DNA of 63,870 nucleotides, the filler included, from Vannella sp. (taxonomy: Eukaryota): NCBI GenBank assembly GCA_023345925.1. It is 8 parts of 8 records of this genome, joined end to end, with 100 filler letters (N's around TTAATTAATTAA, not from the genome) between each part and the next. Parts side by side here need not be neighbours in the genome. Positions count along the whole stretch, not along the records: positions 1 to 4,345 come from JAJQQN010000266.1; positions 4,446 to 9,710 come from JAJQQN010000149.1; positions 9,811 to 26,200 come from JAJQQN010000073.1; 5 more parts are not named here. One strand, 5' to 3'. Numbering within the stretch: the stretch's first letter is position 1; every line of letters begins with the position of its first letter. The notes beneath the pieces are model-generated. The model was given only the letters and a program-made list of their open reading frames with translations, did not search any database and was not told the origin of the DNA. Positions 1-12,753 of this stretch are shown in pieces. A program made the position numbers and the translations under genes.

Positions 1-187
1 CACAAGGATCATTCCACAGCGGGTTCGCTCCTCCCCAGAAGGCAGATGTAGGTCTATCGCCTGAGAATCCTGATTCTCTCCCTGAGAGGTGGCTTCTCCC
101 CATCCCTCCTGTATCACGAAGGGAGAGGTACGAAAGACTGAGGAGAACTATAAAGAGCACGACAAATAGCCCCTTGCTCCCCTCCAT
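1..187 (-). CDS. Partial (3'-truncated) hypothetical protein with N-terminal hydrophobic anchor
   Basis: ATG at 187 reads MEGSKGLFVVLFIVLLSLSYLSLRD... and stays open to the window edge; divergent from DXO. Confidence 0.3.
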   Translation of the reverse strand, partial: MEGSKGLFVVLFIVLLSLSYLSLRDTGGMGRSHLSGRESGFSGDRPTSAFWGGANPLWNDPC

Positions 188-358
188 GAGCCAAACCACT
201 GAACATGTCAAAGTCCTGAAGATGACTTCTTGACATCTGTCACTTCCGCAGACAGGTTTCTCCATTCATTACAGTGCCATGGGAATCTTAGCCTCCAAGG
301 TGGTGTCCTTTTCGACCTGTGGCAGCTGAGAAGATCCGTTTGGAGGTCATTGGAAGGG

Positions 359-1582
359 ATGCGGGTGGAGATTGCTGCGTTTGTGGGTCGGAGGGGCGAA
401 GGGCGAGCTGTTCACTCGATTATCGCTCATATTGGCAGTTACCATCAGTCAAAGGGAGTTATCGATGTTCCTGGGGAGGCCTGGATGGTAGGCTGTGCCG
501 TTTTGACCCCTTTTCGTCCCTGATTGGAAAGAAGGAGCAATACAAAGCTCCTGTAGTACCTGGTGACCTATCAGAAGGCTTTGTCGCTTCTACGGAAGCT
601 ACACAAGATGAAGAGTCTTCGATATTGCCTGTTCTAGAGGCCACTCGACAATCATCCTTGTCGGTATGTGCAAAGGGGGAGGGAGAGTCCTTCTGATTGC
701 CCGTTTAGAGCCTGAGCGTGCACTTTGTGTCCTTTCGCAACAATCTGAACAAGATCATGAACCTAACTTATAGTCTAGCTAGCGAATGGAGCATCGGTGT
801 TGAGAGGATGAACGATCCCTTCTTCGGCCGCGCCATTTTGCTTCATGTCATCAAAGGGAAGCCAGAAAGCAGCTCTGTACAGCACCAAAAGATGTGTTAT
901 TGGGGCAGGAAGTTTGAGCAGCTCTGTACTTCTGTTCCCTCGGTCGAGGAAGGAATGCATTCGGAGTATTGCACTTTAATTTTGTCCCAGATGGGCCACT
1001 TCCGGGTTCTTTTGGGAGCAGAAATAGATGCATACTTGCCAATACCTTCAACTGGAAGTCCATTCAGTAGTACACCTCGACCGAGAGACTTTGTTGAATT
1101 GAAAACCAACGTGACCCTCCAAACCGACCGTCAAAAGTGGAATTTCCACCAGCACAAGCTTCGGTTGGTTTGAAGAGAAGTGGAATAGATACCTGACTCT
1201 GTGTAGCTCCATTTGGATTCAATCCATGCTGGCAGGAGTGCCCACAGTCAAAGTTGGGTGGAGAAACGAAGAAGGCATTCTCGAGGGAGTGAGCACCTTC
1301 CATACTGCTTCGATTCCCCAGCTTGCCAAAGAACAGGGAGCTTCTTGGGTAAGCAGAAGCTTCATAATCATCCATCTCACACTGAATGTGGAATAGTACC
1401 CGGCTAATTGCCTTGACTTTGCCACATTCGTCCTCGGTTTCCTTTATGAGAACGTGAAGGAGCCCGGCCGCCGTTACATTCTCTCCCATCAATCGAACGA
1501 CTTGTTTCTAACTTTGACAGAAACGGAATCTCTCTTTCTGAGCGCGCCAGCTCCCAATCCCTCAAAAGACCCTCCTTCTTGA
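359..1582 (+). CDS. DXO: DXO/Rai1-family decapping exoribonuclease (spliced)
   Basis: Motifs FVSFRNNLNKIM, YWGRKFEQLCT, GAEID, FVELKT, WIQSMLAGV; inferred introns 383-438, 664-708, 1164-1206, 1349-1396 restore one frame ending TGA at 1580-1582; start tentative. Confidence 0.85.
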
Positions 1583-1758
1583 GTACTTTGTGTGACTTAA
1601 TCAGGCTTGGAGAAGGTTGTCAGTCCTTAGAACGTAACAAAGACTCAATTGATGGATGAACAGGCCCGTGGGATCTCTCACTTACGACTGATTTCAATGG
1701 GAACGGAAGAGAACATCGATGAAGCAAGTTAAACAGGATTTGTTGAAGTGACTGGAAG

Positions 1759-3124
1759 TTAGGAGGTTTGTCGAGCAGTTTGGAACTCAATGGCCCCTCG
1801 TAGAGCAGAGAGTTCGTCCAAAAGCTTCTGGTTTTGGATTTTGAGATCTTCTAGTCGCTCTGAAAACATCTCTTGTTGCAGATTGAACTGCTCAAGCATG
1901 TCCCCGTGGACCATTTCAAGCTTTGAATGGAACTCATCGCGCAATAGCTCCAACGGAGTCTTCGTGAAAGGCACATTCTGTTGAGGATGGGCCATTAGTG
2001 AATCATCAATAGATCTAGGAGAGAGAGCAGGATGATATGGAGGTGAGTCTACGAGCTCCTCTATCTGATAAAGGTCCGATTGGGTCCTTCTATGGTTTCT
2101 GTGAGGAATAGTGATTGGCGTGGTGTTTTTCTCGAGCAACTGAGAGTTCGCCAGTCTCTTGGAGGCTTTTCCAGAGGAGTATTGGTATCTGCAGCGACTA
2201 ATGTCTGCCCCAGATGTGCTATGAATGGTCTCCACAATGCCCTCCCCTCGAAGGTCGTGCTTCATGACTTCGCCTGAATTCAGAGTCACACAGAAGCTGT
2301 AACCGTCACATGACATGCTCAGGTCTTGGATTCCACGTGACAGAGTGATAGCGCGAGTCTGCTGCTGCGTAGCAATGTCTAGCACACAAACTCGACGGTC
2401 CAATCCCCCCGTTATCATGATGGAGCGGTCCGTTGGGGACAGACAAGCGGCAGTAGCCTTGCTGTTGCCATGCTGTTTGGTAAAGGAAGCCAATACGGCG
2501 TTCTTTTTCACGTCAAAGATCCTCACGTCCCCCGCTTCATTGAAGGAGGACAGGACGGAGCTCTTAAAGGAGGAGAATTGAAGCTCTCTCAACGGCGAGA
2601 CGGACTTGGCTTCAAGGTTCCCTACTACACTCAAAGAGTTGCCTTCGATGGCGTGTAGAACGATCTTCCCAGAGCGCAATCCAGTCGCTAACATCGTGTC
2701 CGTGCGGTTTACCGACACACTGCGGGCTGGAGAGTCCAGTTCAAGCGTGTTGGAGAGTTGCTTACGCTTCAAGTCCCACACACGGACCTTTCTATCTTCA
2801 CAGGCGCAGTAGAGATAGTGCGACTTGCTGCTAAAGGCCAAGTCCATGGTGTATGGGGAATTGAGTGTTCCCAGACTTGAGCCCGTCTTGCCTCGTACAA
2901 GCTCTATCTTTCTCCCTGCTGCAGCAATGACCTCGTCTATCCTCCGCCCCATCAGCAAGAGAAACGACTGGAAAGGAGCTTTGCTTACTCGTAAAGTACC
3001 AAGAGAGGGCCGTAATGCTGGTATTCTGGCTACCACAGATCGTACGCTGCTCCTGAGGACTGAAAGGGTTCGTCAGAACCTCAATCTTCCCATCCTTCGT
3101 CGCCAAACACAACTTCTCTTCCAT
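1759..3124 (-). CDS. NEDD1: NEDD1/GCP-WD-like WD40 protein with C-terminal coiled coil
   Basis: WD repeats (KVRVWDLK, VRIFDVK, TGGLDRRVCVLD) plus C-terminal helix LEMVHGDMLEQFNLQQEM...QNQKLLDEL; one intron near 2940-2990. Confidence 0.7.
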
Positions 3125-3365
3125 TCCCTTCCCTCAGGCGCTCCAACAAATGAGTGTTTAGGCACTCCCACTCAAGTACACAAGGCAACTCTCACTTTGA
3201 ACCCCCAGTTGTTCGTTTTGAAGGCTTTGGGACTCAGCACTGCCGAAGGAGGGGAGATTCCTCCCAGTTTCTGAGCGTAGAAGAGGAGGAGAAGGTGGAG
3301 AGAAGAGGTATGGATGAAACATAGTTAATCAGAGGTAGTGGGAAGGGAAAGGAGCGGTGGATTGG

Positions 3366-4284
3366 CTAGTCTTGGTGCGGATGAGCGGGGACGGGAGCGG
3401 GAGGCTCTCGTACTTGGCCCACAAGAGTGTCACTGAAGGGCATTAAGCGTGAATCTATCAGAACTATGATGGAGAAGCTTACATAAAGGCAGGAGTCTTC
3501 AAAACCCGTCGATTGGGGCGGAAACGGGGATAAACGTCCTCAAAGAAGAAGTAAATGTGACCAACCAGGATTCCCAGGATGTCGAACACTGGGCTCTGAT
3601 CCAGTAGCATACCCATCACAAGAAGTACCCAAGGAAGGTAAGGAGCTGAGAACTGGAAGAGGCCAAAGAGAGACATGATCGCGTGAGGATTGCGGCGGCT
3701 CCACACGTAGACCACCATAAAGCTCAAGGAGGGTGCCAAGAATAGGATACGAGTAATACCAGCTTGGTAGCATATGAAATCAATGATCTAGCCAGCGTTC
3801 AAACCAACAATCAGCACCGTACGGAGGAGTCAAAGGGTCCAGGGCGTACCAACAGCATTACTCCGCCAAACAGGAGCATGAACAAGTAGTCAGAATGACG
3901 TCCATGGAAGGAACCGTCCTCTAGTGCTGAGCTATGGCGAATCCTTCGCGTTCTGTCAGGGTTTGGGGCAAAAGGGAGGTGGCGAGGGGACTGACAAGAA
4001 GTACATGTGGAAGAGGAAGTTAAGACCGAATGGACCGAACCAGAGGAATGTAGTGACTAACCGCCAAGCCTATGGAAGGAGTAAGCATGTGCAAATGAGC
4101 CAAGGAGCTCCGGCGTCTACGATACCTCGTACTGGTAGAAGACGCTCGCGAAGTTGAGGTACAAGGAGAGGGGATTGACCAGATCTAGATGAACCGCAAG
4201 CGTTGTCACAAACGAGGCGCTCGCATACACCTTAGTAGTGGGAGGAATGCTTCTGAACCAGTCCTCGAGAGGCAAACCAGCCAT
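3366..4284 (-). CDS. DERL2: Derlin (ERAD rhomboid pseudoprotease), multi-exon
   Basis: MAGLPLEDWFRSIPPTTK..., VYVWSRRNP, APYLPWVLL, GILVGHIYFFFEDVYP; several short GT-AG introns. Confidence 0.9.
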
Positions 4285-4301
4285 CGCCGACTCGAGGAAT
4301 T

Positions 4302-4345
4302 GAGGGGAAATGCAGGGGAAATGAAGGGGAAATGAAGGGGAAATG
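4302..4345. repeat. 11-nt tandem repeat (AGGGGAAATGN) x4 at contig end
   Basis: gaggggaaatg caggggaaatg aaggggaaatg aaggggaaatg directly before the N gap. Confidence 0.8.
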
Positions 4346-4445
4346 NNNNNNNNNNNNNNNNNNNNNNNNNNNNNNNNNNNNNNNNNNNNTTAATTAATTA
4401 ANNNNNNNNNNNNNNNNNNNNNNNNNNNNNNNNNNNNNNNNNNNN
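4346..4445. other. Artificial contig-joining linker
   Basis: 44 N + TTAATTAATTAA (stops in all six frames) + 44 N; identical linker occurs 7 times. Confidence 0.98.
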
Positions 4446-7400
4446 CATGTATCGTTTGATCCTCGGAGAGGCCTCACTTTGATGGAAAAAGAACCTCGGT
4501 TTTCAACAGAGGCTCCCCAGACAGCGATGAAGATGTCAGTTTTGGTGGGGGGAAGCTCAACAATTGTGCGGAGACCAAAGGCAAAGGATCCTGGGAAAGT
4601 GGTGAGTGAATAACACACTCGATTTTCGCAAGAGCCAGAGAATACTGAGAGACTTGTGTTGTACGTCGTGTGATTAGAGCTGGTCAGAATCTCTAACAAC
4701 CCTGTTCCTTTGTACGAGTAGTAGAGAACAGAACCAAAACCAGGGCCGATGCAAGGCTCATCTTTGATGGATCCGAGGAAGCCCCGATTTGTTGTTCCTA
4801 GGATAGGAGAATCTGGACCAAGCGGGAACGAGCGTTGACATTCGTCGTTGGAAGGCTTGATCAATTCTTCAGTGACCATAATGCTCAATTTTAACCCTAT
4901 AACACCTCCTCCTCTTTTGTCAAGAGAGTCTGAGCGTTTTCCAGCCGGAGCCGGAGGGTTGAATCGCCTTGTATCATTGGTGACGAAAGCAACCAGGAGG
5001 TCAGTGGTACTGCTGACGTTTGTGAAGGTCAGCCAAGATTGGTTTGTGAGGCTACTTCCTTCAATGAAAGGTTCACCATCAAAGTCTGTGTAGAAAACCA
5101 TCTTCACCCAATCCTCCGAGAAGGAAACATTAATCTGTTGAAAATTCAATTGTGGGGAATAGATTGCAAAGAAGAGCAAATAGTTCCATCCAGGAGGGCT
5201 TGGATTCGGAAGTCGATAATCTCCAATCTGTTCAAATCGAAAATAAAAATCCAAATCGTTTTCTCCAGTGATGAGGGGGAGTGAGATATCTTCAAATGAT
5301 TGTCGCTTTTGAGTGATCTGGATAGGTACTGGATGGCTCGGATCAGCAAGAATATACATTACATCATTTGGCCGAAAAAAAGAAACGTAAGAAGGAGCCT
5401 CTGAGCAAAGTCTGACAGGCAAAGGATATCTTCCACAGTTTGGATCAAAAACCGAAATCTGAAATTCACCAAGGACGGGAGGGTATTCGAAGCAGATCCT
5501 AACGTCTGTTAGTGAATTCCCCCGTGGCAATGCGAATCGGAAGGAAAGAGAGGGTGTCAGATTTGGATACGAGCACAGACTGGTTTGTGTCGCAATGAGA
5601 TGATCAGCTACTTGGGGTGCCAGGTCAGTAAGGTTTTTCGCATTAGAGGAATCAAAGTTGGTGGCAGGTAGCAAGCTATTCGCTGTAAGGGTAAAATTGC
5701 CTTGATAGGACTCGTATCCGTAAATAACTACAGTGATTACTTGGCCAGGAATTTCCCAGGTTCTCACGCGAAGTTTTGAAGAAGTGCCACATCCTAAGTA
5801 ATCATCATTGAAGGTGAGGCATGCCAAAGCATGGCAGGGGCCGATGTAGGCCGCCATAACAGTGTCGAAAGTGGCCAGTTCTCCTTTACATGTCGTAAAT
5901 TCTACTGCAGCTTCCCCCACAGGCACAAGGTATCGATAGAAAACAGCTGGCGAGTCAAATGGGTAGCCACATAATGGCAAACCATTCGCTGGAAGGATTC
6001 CTCCCTGGTTGTTGCCCCGAACAACTTGTCCGGGAACAAGAAAGATGGCGGTTGAGCATTGCTCATTCGGGTCAGGCAAATCCTTTCGGACAGTCACCAG
6101 CAACTCAAAAGTGGCATCAACAGGAGAGACAACCACAATGATGATGGTGGATCCGTCGGGTTGGAATGTGCGAGCGAGAGCACCTCCCCCACAATCAGTA
6201 TAATTAGCTTGAAGGCAGCTGGTAGATAAGCAGATGGGGTTGGTGCCATCAAGAAGGAGCAATGCAGTCTTTGAATTCGTATCAGGTCCACAAGTAGATA
6301 CCTCGACAAGTGCAGTGGGAGCCCCAGTGACAAGAGTGAATCGAAAGTATTCAGCATAGTAAGGCTCCAGTCCCAATGAAGGGCAGTTCAGATACAGAGG
6401 AAGCTGTCCAGATGAGAGACTGGATATTCTTGAGGTGATTGGCGCATCTTGTAAAACGACACTGCCGTTCTCACAGGTTGTTCCTAAAGCGAGACTTTCC
6501 GAAACAGTCAAAGAAAAAGTTCCCGTCAGCGGCTTTCCTTCGTAGCGGGATTGCACTCCGATGTAAAGGGACGTGTTGCTTGCAAAGGTGAATGCAGGAA
6601 CGGTGATCATGCCTTGGTTGCCGCACGAAACGTGGTCCGATGCAAAACATTGAAGAGAAGAACAACTGCCCGTGAAGATGCTGACAGAAGTGTGACGAGC
6701 AGATCCATCACAAGTAGAGACAATCAAGTCAGCTCCTGCCCTATTTGTGGTATAGGCGAAGAACTGGATCGGGAACCCAGGGAACAGTTGTGGAGAGCAA
6801 AGTGGGATTTGAGGGAGATTCTGGAGAAGGTTGGTTCCCTGAGGGCTCCCATTCAACGTCTGCCCTTGAATAATTGCAGTTGCTACGGCACAAGGATTCG
6901 AGACTTTCGTCACGCCAACATAGTTGAACGAGCTGGGAAGCTCTTCAAGATGAAGCAGAATTCCTCCATTTAAAGAGGTGCCAAACACAACGATTCGAAT
7001 CGTTTCTCCTGAGAGCAGAGGCGGGCCCAATTCTTGGATGTACTGGATGTTTGGATACTCTTGACGCTCAGGTGCAGAGCGGGAGATTTGGAGAATTGAG
7101 CCTGCGCCGCACAAATCAGAGGCTACTGCTTGGAATGCCAAGATAGGCGAAGAGCAAGGGCCTCGGAAGACAAGGACCTCAGTTGCAAACTTTGTTCCAC
7201 AAGTAGTAATAATGAGATCTGAGTCACCTTGAATTCTATAAGCAAAGACTGCAACAAGTTGTCCCCCTGAAGATCCTGGGAAGCCTGCTGTTGTCAAGGT
7301 TGAAGAAGACGCGGAGGTGTCAACGAATACCGGAATTCCCGAAGTTAAGAAGGTCGCAGGATCGCATGAATAGGTGGGAGTCACATCAGGTGCTTCTGAA

Positions 7401-9457
7401 ACAAACAATTCCACACCATCCGAGCCCTGAACTGCAATGTTGAGGAGAGTCGACGGGTCCAGGGCAGGAAGTCGGATCATACAGAACTCAAAGGGAGAAG
7501 CGCAAACAAGAGTTCCACATGGGTCGGTGTAGGCAGAGATTCTAGCTCTTCCAACAGCGCGCATGTTGCATATGCTAACAATGACAGGCAAAGGTGTAAC
7601 ATTGGTAGTGAAGGAGAACTGTTGAATTTTGTCGTTGTAAGAGCCTGATGCGGTCGAGCCGGAGCCACAAAAATTGACCAAAAAAGCAGAAGGGTGCGAT
7701 CCAATGTTGTATGGATCGATTGCTAGCTGACGCTGGTTGACCACGACCGGAATGGCATCAGAACACGCTGAGTTCGGCATTGCTTCTTCAACAAGAAGGC
7801 GGAAGCGACCGTTTGGGCTTGTTTGGTTTTGGCTGACGATGATCCTGTGGATCGTGCCAGCAGGGGAGTTGGAGCTGGTGGCCGTTGAGCCTGGCCAACA
7901 GCCGCCAGACGCGAATGGACCAAAGCGAACTTCGTCTTCGCAAGGATTGGTGGTGACCGTGACGGTCACATTCTCGTTGCTCTCATCAAAGCAAACCGTC
8001 GCGATCACAACGCTGTTGTTCAACACGGAAGTGTACTTGTAGTAAAGCTGAGCTTCTCCATAAAGTGGATTCCGTTCGGCCAAGCGAGTATCACCCAGAA
8101 CGCTAACGCCATCGCTGAGGGAGAGCGAGTTTTTGCATACGTCGTTAAGAGGGCCTGCCGGTTGCGCCTGCAAGGTGAACAGTCCTTCAGAATCATCTGT
8201 GAACCAAACAGCTACAAAGACTTCCTCTCCAGCATTGAGACCAGGGGCGAGGAGTCTTTCTCCAAAGCCATCGTTACAAACAGTAGAAATTACATTCGAG
8301 AGGCAAGTCAAGGCGCCACAGCCACCAAGGAACAAGCCAATCTTAGTTGGGCCACCGTTGATTTGGATGTCGCAAGTGGTAAACTCGGTTGGGCCATCAG
8401 CAACGAACCGGAAGAAAGTGACGATTCCTTTCGGGGACTCGCAATCGATCGGCTTGCGATCAGGAAGGAAGCTGGGCACTGCTCGACCATAGTAGCTCAC
8501 TCCAGATTCCATCGGTAGTGCGCTGGAGCATTGAGCGTGGCGACCAACAGGAAGGGACTCTTCCACTTTCAAAGAAACGAAATAATTACCCTGTGTTGCA
8601 CCGCTGTTAACTGCCAACGCAATGAACAGATCTTCATCAGCATACAGCGAAGGTAGAACAAAGGCCTGCTCTACGAAGTTGCCTTGGGCGAAAACAGTCT
8701 CTTTCAGACAGACAGGATCGGGAGTGCTTTTGCACGCGCCTCGGTAGAACGTCATTTCAACGGCCAACTCGGACTGGAGGATCAACTTGAGATTATTGAA
8801 GTTCTGGGACGTGTGGTAGTGAAAGAGAGCCAGCACAAGCGGAAGATCAGAGGTTCCAATGCAATTGGGGAGAGAGTAGTCGCCCAATGCGAATCCAGGA
8901 TCTCCCGGATTCGTCATCGGATGATGGCGTCTGGAAGCAACAGAGTTGGTGAGACTCTCAGCCATCTGGCAAAGAGGAACTTCGGTTGCGGTCAGCACGA
9001 AAGAGGTTTCGGTATCTCCTTTAGAGAAGACTCCAATGAGGAGCGATGCTTCTCGTAGCGGGGAGGCATCAACTCGGAACTGAGGGAGATGAATATCTCG
9101 GGGGCAAGCAATGTCCTGTTGTGGGACGCAGAACACTTGCGTGCAAGTGCCGACGAGTTGGTAGAGGAGGAGACCTGGGTTGCTGGTGATGTTGCTAGAA
9201 CAGAGAGAAACGATCATACTTGCAGCACGGAATGAGGGAACATAATAGTACCAGCGCGTGGCGTTGTTCCCGTCGGCTCCAAAGCAGCCGCCGTAACCAA
9301 AGAAGTTAGCGCTCGAGTTCACAGGGGCCAACGAGGTGTCAACAAGCTTGGGGAGATCCTGGAATAGCTCCTGAGGATTGGAATCACAAGTGAATGCTTG
9401 CCCTGCCCAAACCGAGGCAAAACAGGACAAAAGAAGAGCGAGAACGCCCAACCGCAT
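4446..9457 (-). CDS. Large secreted Cys-rich repeat protein (>1670 aa; C-terminus cut by contig end)
   Basis: Signal peptide MRLGVLALLLSCFASVWA; about a dozen ~125-aa modules starting NxxCxxAxxL and containing TC...FDT.L.VY.G.C..L.C; a single uninterrupted 5-kb ORF. Confidence 0.85.
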
Positions 9458-9710
9458 GGTCCAGACCTGAAGAATTGGAAGAGAAAATCGCTCATATCAT
9501 AAAACAACCCTTCATATTCGTTGCCATTTTTTGGGAGGCCTTTGGAATTCCACACGATCCAAAAGAAAATCCACGAGGAGAGAATTCACCGCCCCACTCG
9601 AGAGAGTTCACGGCCCCGCTAAACCACGTCCGCTGGCCTCCGTTGAAAGTGCTTCTATATTCGCCTGGCACCAAATGATGTTTTTATATGTTTTTAAGAG
9701 GGTTACTTTT

Positions 9711-9810
9711 NNNNNNNNNNNNNNNNNNNNNNNNNNNNNNNNNNNNNNNNNNNNTTAATTAATTAANNNNNNNNNNNNNNNNNNNNNNNNNNNNNNNNNN
9801 NNNNNNNNNN
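9711..9810. other. Artificial contig-joining linker
   Basis: N44-TTAATTAATTAA-N44. Confidence 0.98.
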
Positions 9811-10181
9811 TTCTTCGCCTGTGTATCAGGACTGGAAGAGCGCTTCCTTTTGGGCATGGGAGGAAATGGACCAAGCTTTTGACAAAGTTTGAGTAGCGCC
9901 TCCCCATTTTCCCGCCCATTCCGAATGACCAACCCCTCACTGATCCTTTGACCAATATTATAAAATACAGTCATTCAGTCTGATGGAGGCAGGACATACA
10001 AGAACCCCGTTCACTTTATTTGACCTCGAGGTAGAGGGGCAGCGAGCGCTCATGTGATCATAAACTGTTGTAGATAAGCGCTTTGAGAAGGATTTTGGGT
10101 CATTTGCTCATGTCCGTCGCTCGCTCGGTGTGTTGGTGGGATATCCGTAGGGACGATTGGGCCTTCACTCAGCCTTTGGGT

Positions 10182-10916
10182 ATGGAGCCACTCGAGGAGC
10201 GTATCACAGCAGTGATGGGGGCGGCATCGAAGAAGCCAACTGCGGTTGTGCGCAACCCGCAACTGCAGCGTTTGCAGGCGCTTCTTGGTGATGATAAGTT
10301 GACGGGGAAGTCGGAGTCCTCTGATCCTCTCCTTTCAAGATCTCAGTCAAAGGAGGTGTCTACCAAAAGGCGAGGAATACCGCCACGACGTGCTGTGGAC
10401 CCTGCTACTTCAATGGCTTCTCCAGTCGATCCTCCGCCTGCTACAGCGGTAGCTCCAACACAGACAACTGCACCAGAAGGGAAGGTACAAGAAGTCCCTT
10501 CGACTTGGCAAGCACCTAAAAGCCGCCAAAGCGTGAAGATGCTCTCTGCCCCTCTGGAAGCAGCCCCTTCTCCCCCTTCCTCTGTTCCTGTACAGACTGC
10601 ACCCATCCCTATTGCAGTTCCCACGGAAGCAACCAGAAGTATCGCTCCCAGCGTAGTTCCTGAGCCAGTACGAGCAGCCATTCCTTCTTCTCCTCCGAAG
10701 AAGATTGTCGCCCCTAAGGAGGTGGCCCCCAGTGCCCCTGTGCAAACGAAAGTCACAGTAGTCGATAGTGTGGACAAAGCATCCACTCTGAAGAAGCTCA
10801 AACAACTGGACGACCTGCTGGAGGAGCTGGAACTTGACTTTACCGAGGTGATGGTCTCTGACCAGTGGGATCCCATCCGCTCGTTAGTGCGGGACCTGAC
10901 AAAGTCGTTCTCCTGA
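10182..10916 (+). CDS. Hypothetical Pro/Ala/Ser-rich protein with C-terminal helical region
   Basis: Long ORF with low-complexity middle and C-terminal KQLDDLLEELEL; start at 10110 or 10182. Confidence 0.6.
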   Translation: MEPLEERITAVMGAASKKPTAVVRNPQLQRLQALLGDDKLTGKSESSDPLLSRSQSKEVSTKRRGIPPRRAVDPATSMASPVDPPPATAVAPTQTTAPEGKVQEVPSTWQAPKSRQSVKMLSAPLEAAPSPPSSVPVQTAPIPIAVPTEATRSIAPSVVPEPVRAAIPSSPPKKIVAPKEVAPSAPVQTKVTVVDSVDKASTLKKLKQLDDLLEELELDFTEVMVSDQWDPIRSLVRDLTKSFS

Positions 10917-10973
10917 AGGAGGCTCCTAAAGGACTTGGCAACAAGACGGTTCATTGAAAGGCAATGGAGGAAG

Positions 10974-12573
10974 TTACAGTTTGGAAGGGGAGTGGAGGAA
11001 CCAGCCCCAAGGCTGGTCGCTGGTGTAGGTGGTGATCTGCTTAGGTTCAAGGAAGCGCTCAAAGCCATACCGACCTAAGTCTCTGCCAATGCCACTCTGT
11101 CGCAATCCTCCCCAAGGGGCAGTGACAAAGCAAGGTTGGGAGCAGTTGACCCACACAATCCCCACCCGCAGCGCCTTCGCAACACGGTCGCAGCGCTCTT
11201 GATTGCTAGAGATGACACCTGCAGACAACCCATAGAGGGAATCGTTGGCCTCTCGAACAGCCTGGTCCTCACAAGAGAATGTGCGAACGGAGAGAACGGG
11301 GCCGAAGATCTCCTCGCGCCAGATGGTGTGGGATGTCTCCACGTTAGTGAAGACCGTGGGGGCGATGAAGTATCCTGCTGGTTGATTAGCGGGACGCCCT
11401 CCACCGGTGAGGAGGGTGGCGCCTTCCGCCTTGCCCTTCTCGATGTAGGACATGACCTTGTTGTACTGCTGCTGGTTCACGACAGGTCCCATGCGTGCAT
11501 CAGGTGTGAGAGGGTCACATTGCTTGATCTGCTCTGTAGCCTCCTTCAGACGGGCTAGCACTTGAGGGGCAATCTTCTCGTGGAGGAGGACGCGAGAGGT
11601 TGAGGAGCAGATCTGTCCGTTCGTCCAAAACACACCAAACATGATCCATTCGACAGCTTTGTCGATCTCCACGTCATCAAAGATGATAAGAGCGCCTTTC
11701 CCGCCCAACTCCAAGGACACATTCTTGATGAGCTTGGCGGCTGTGCTCATGATGAATGAACCCGTGGCAGTGCTTCCAGTGAAGGCCATCGCGTCAACTC
11801 CTGGATGCTCACAAAGAGCAGCTCCAGCCTCCGTTCCCAGACCGGTTACGACATTCAGGACGCCTGGCGGTATGCCAGCTTCCTCTGCAATCTCACCGAG
11901 CTCGACACACGTCAGAGACGCATGTTCGGAAGGTTTCAGAACCACTGTACAGCCAGCAGCAAGGGCAGGCGCCACTTTCCATGTGGCCATGAGAAGTGGA
12001 TAGTTCCAGGGGGTGATGATTCCCACCACACCAACAGCTTGGAACTGTAGAACACACGAGAACGTGTCCAGAGGGACATCTACCTTTGTGTTCTGACGAG
12101 AATCCAACTCCTCAGCAAGGTCAGCGTCTTGGGAGGGTTAGCGGCTGGTTTGGATGAAAGGGAAGGGCCTACAGTACTTGTACGCATCTGCTACATCGTC
12201 CATATCCCATTCAGCCTCTGCAATAGGCTTCCCCATGTCCATGGTCTCGAAGCGAGCGAGAATGGGCTTGCGTTTGGTGATTCCTTCGCTAAACTTGCGG
12301 AGGATAGCTGCTCTCTCTGCACCTGTCTTTCCAGACCATTCTGGGAATGCCTTTCTGGCGGAAGATACAGCTTGATCCACATCAGCAGCGTTGGCACTCG
12401 CAATGGATCCAATCTGCTCCTCCGTTGCCGGGTTGATGACCTGGAAGATTGCCTCAGAGCGTGACCAACCACTTCCAGGAAAGCTCTCTCACCGCAAGGG
12501 GTTCCAAAGAAGCAGGAACATAACGCCCTCCCACAAACAGGCAATTGGAGAAAGCCCTCGGAAGACTCGCCAT
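10974..12573 (-). CDS. Betaine/aminoaldehyde dehydrogenase (ALDH10-like) with peroxisomal PTS1
   Basis: [40 protein letters not shown]; ends [10 protein letters not shown]; two introns (~12128-12172 and near 12455-12495). Confidence 0.92.
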
Positions 12574-12753
12574 TGCACGACAAGCGACACGAGAAAGTGC
12601 CATGGAAAAAAATCATGTTTTAAATGACTGCGAAATCAGTCACAAGTTTATTGGAGGAGGAAATAAATATCTTGTGATAATTGCGCGTTTATGATCTGTT
12701 ACATTTATCGGAACTTCCGAAAGCTTGCTCATTCTCTTATCCCCCCTTTTGCA

